This document shows, in pieces, positions 61,734-64,000 of a stretch of 64,000 nt of DNA. Source of the DNA: Tubiluchus corallicola (lineage: Eukaryota > Animalia > Priapulida); the NCBI GenBank assembly GCA_030141605.1, contig JAQGDQ010000015.1:992001-1056000 (forward strand). Direction: 5' to 3'. The notes under the pieces were generated by a model, which was not told where the DNA came from, did not search any database, and worked only from the letters and a program-made list of their open reading frames with translations. The stretch's first letter is position 1. Each line of letters begins with the position of its first letter. The position numbers and the translations under genes were made by a program.

Positions 61734-63531
61734 GATGTCACATTTGACATAACAGGATATGTGAAAAAATGAGTAAGGTTAAACTTTCTTGGATGCTGGG
61801 AAATTCGTTATGAAGTATTTCAAACACTACTACATTATTATCATGGACATGTTTTATTGCAGCAAACTATGAAATATCGTGTGTTCAACTCTACAATGTA
61901 TCAATTCTATAAGTGTTTTGTGAACAACTATTGAGTTTTTTAGCGTAATTTACCTTTGTGTAAGCAATTTCAATTTTAAGGAAATTGTCGGCGGATGACA
62001 CTCTTTCTTTATTTACATTCCATAAATATTTGAGTGTCTATAGCCATCTGTCCGTTGCAGTGCTATTATGACTGGCTATGCGAGGACCCTCAAAACTTAA
62101 AAAAGTGCTGTTATTTAATAACAGTTATCCATTATCATGTGTTGTTCTTGTACATGTACGTGGCACGTAATAATATTAAATATGCATGTGAGTGGCTGTC
62201 GGAGATGGTGATGCTCGACAGATAAAAAAGCAACTAACAGTTTGTAAACTTTGCCTTTTGTAACAGACATGCATGTGTTTAGTGACCAAATGGAATCATA
62301 GTAAAACGATGAATAAACTTGAAAATTTGACATTTAAGATCAAGGGTATTTAAAATTATCGCAACAAGAACATGGCATTCTTGTGGACTGAGGATACTTG
62401 TTGAATATTTTTATAATTGATATTTGTTATAAATTAGTAATCCCTGAAATATCTGTGTGTCACCTTTTTATAAAGGAGGTTTAATATCTTTTCCAATGTA
62501 CATATGTTGAAATTTATTCTTGATTGTGGGTGTTTGTGTGACTGGTTTTACTTATGTATACTGCTCATAATTATTATACACTTTGCAGTATTATTCCAGC
62601 GTTATGTACAAAAAATCATGGTTTGGCAATTTAAGGACCACTTGTGTTGCACTGAGTTAAACTATTTTCTAGTCATAAGTGTGTATTACAGGTAGAGCTA
62701 GAAGAGATGACTTCATATAGTATAGTAATAAATTATTTGACTTTTTGTAACTTTTAGCTTTGCACTTTTATATAATTTCTTACAACGAATGTATCACTAT
62801 CTAAAAACTGTCATGAGAAGGGCTTAATTCAAGTGTGAACTAAAATGTAACATTCTGTGATAAGTAACATATACAGTACTTCACATTATTCACTGAAAAT
62901 TCTACTGGGGTAAAGATCTATTTTGGGCACCCTTTACAAGATGTGCCTATCTAGAATCAAGAAATGCCAAGCAGTTTTCCAAGATATTTTCTTCTTTCTC
63001 TTTTCAAAGACACTCTTCTTTCCTTGTATCTAAAAATATTGTTCGATAGTTATTGAAATCGACCTCTTTACTCTGAATGGTTTAAAGCAAACTATACTGT
63101 GTTTACAAAAGCAATGTATTTAGCAATTTATATATACATGAAGAACTAAACTGATGAAATAGCAGCAAATAACATGTTGGTATAAACAGAAACAATGCTG
63201 ACCCGACACAGTTACAAATTGTATCTGTACAACTGAAAAAAAGTTATTTACAGTAAAGTATAACATATGTGTCTTTTCTCTAACGATCAACACTCAATTT
63301 GTCATTACCATTTAAACAGAAATGGTTACCTGTAAAAACCTACATGGCGACGGAATTATAGCAATCAGTTAGATAGTAAAACACAATGTTAGAATGGGCA
63401 ACATTTTTAAAATTCCAAGGACAAACTAAAATTAGATGGCTTTTAGCAGACCAATAGGTTTGGTCCTATTACATTTAGGAAAGCAAGAGTTATCGATATT
63501 CTTAATGTATTTGTACAGAGCAGTCTTCTAT

Positions 63532-64000
63532 TTAGTTTAATTTTTCAAGTTCGTCAAAATCATCCGTATCCAGCTTGTGAATTTTTCTGCCGAAATGATC
63601 TTGAATAGTCTGCAACAGTCCCATCTGTCGTGCTTCAATCAAATTGATAGCTAGTCCATTTTTACCAAATCTACCAGTACGGCCTATGCGGTGTAGGTAT
63701 GTTTCGCAATCAGCGTGGCCATTTACTGTAATTGGCAAATCGTAGTTTACAACGATGTTAACTTGCTCCACATCAATTCCTCTTGCTAGAACATTAGTAG
63801 TGATTAAGACCTTTTCCTTCCCGTCACGGAATCGATTTAGAACTGAAGCACGCTGTTCTACCGTCATTTCTCCATTCAGTACTCCTACAGCATGGCCTTC
63901 CTTCACCATTTTTTCTGCTAACCAATTAGATGCATGTCTAGTGTGACAAAATATGATAGCCTGCCCCACAGAAATGACACCATATATATTAGCAAGAGCC
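63532..64000 (-). CDS. DDX19: DEAD-box RNA helicase DDX19/DDX25 (Dbp5), C-terminal part; 5' end lies outside the window
   Basis: ALANIYGVISVGQAIIFCHTR, KVLITTNVLARGIDVEQV, VVNYDLP, ADCETYLHRIGRTGRFGKNG, DTDDFDELEK; the frame stays open to the window edge. Confidence 0.93.
   Translation of the reverse strand, partial: ALANIYGVISVGQAIIFCHTRHASNWLAEKMVKEGHAVGVLNGEMTVEQRASVLNRFRDGKEKVLITTNVLARGIDVEQVNIVVNYDLPITVNGHADCETYLHRIGRTGRFGKNGLAINLIEARQMGLLQTIQDHFGRKIHKLDTDDFDELEKLN

Overview
AT-rich, intron-rich nuclear DNA of an invertebrate animal; this is not a prokaryotic locus. I reconstructed five protein-coding genes by hand with frame-consistent splice sites. (1) A 9-exon serine/aspartate racemase-family gene (minus strand, 327 aa, with one GC-AG intron) lies head-to-head with (2) a 4-exon NDUFB6 (plus, 190 aa). 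(3) A 15-exon secreted EGF/laminin-G gene (pikachurin/EGFLAM- or SP2353-like, plus, 896 aa) has a 25-kb second intron that contains (4) a complete, uninterrupted GMC oxidoreductase ORF on the same strand. (5) The 3' part of DDX19/Dbp5 (minus) converges on gene 3. The introns hold an internally deleted BEL/Pao retrotransposon, a decayed CR1-like LINE, several TIR elements (Tigger/pogo-, hAT- and Sola-like), SINE- and Helentron-like fragments and microsatellites. The most interesting signals are the nested GMC gene, the racemase specificity loop, three pairs of intronic inverted repeats and two palindromic RFX X-boxes. I found no clear evidence of a wholly new biological system. All homology calls come from motif recognition, not database searches.
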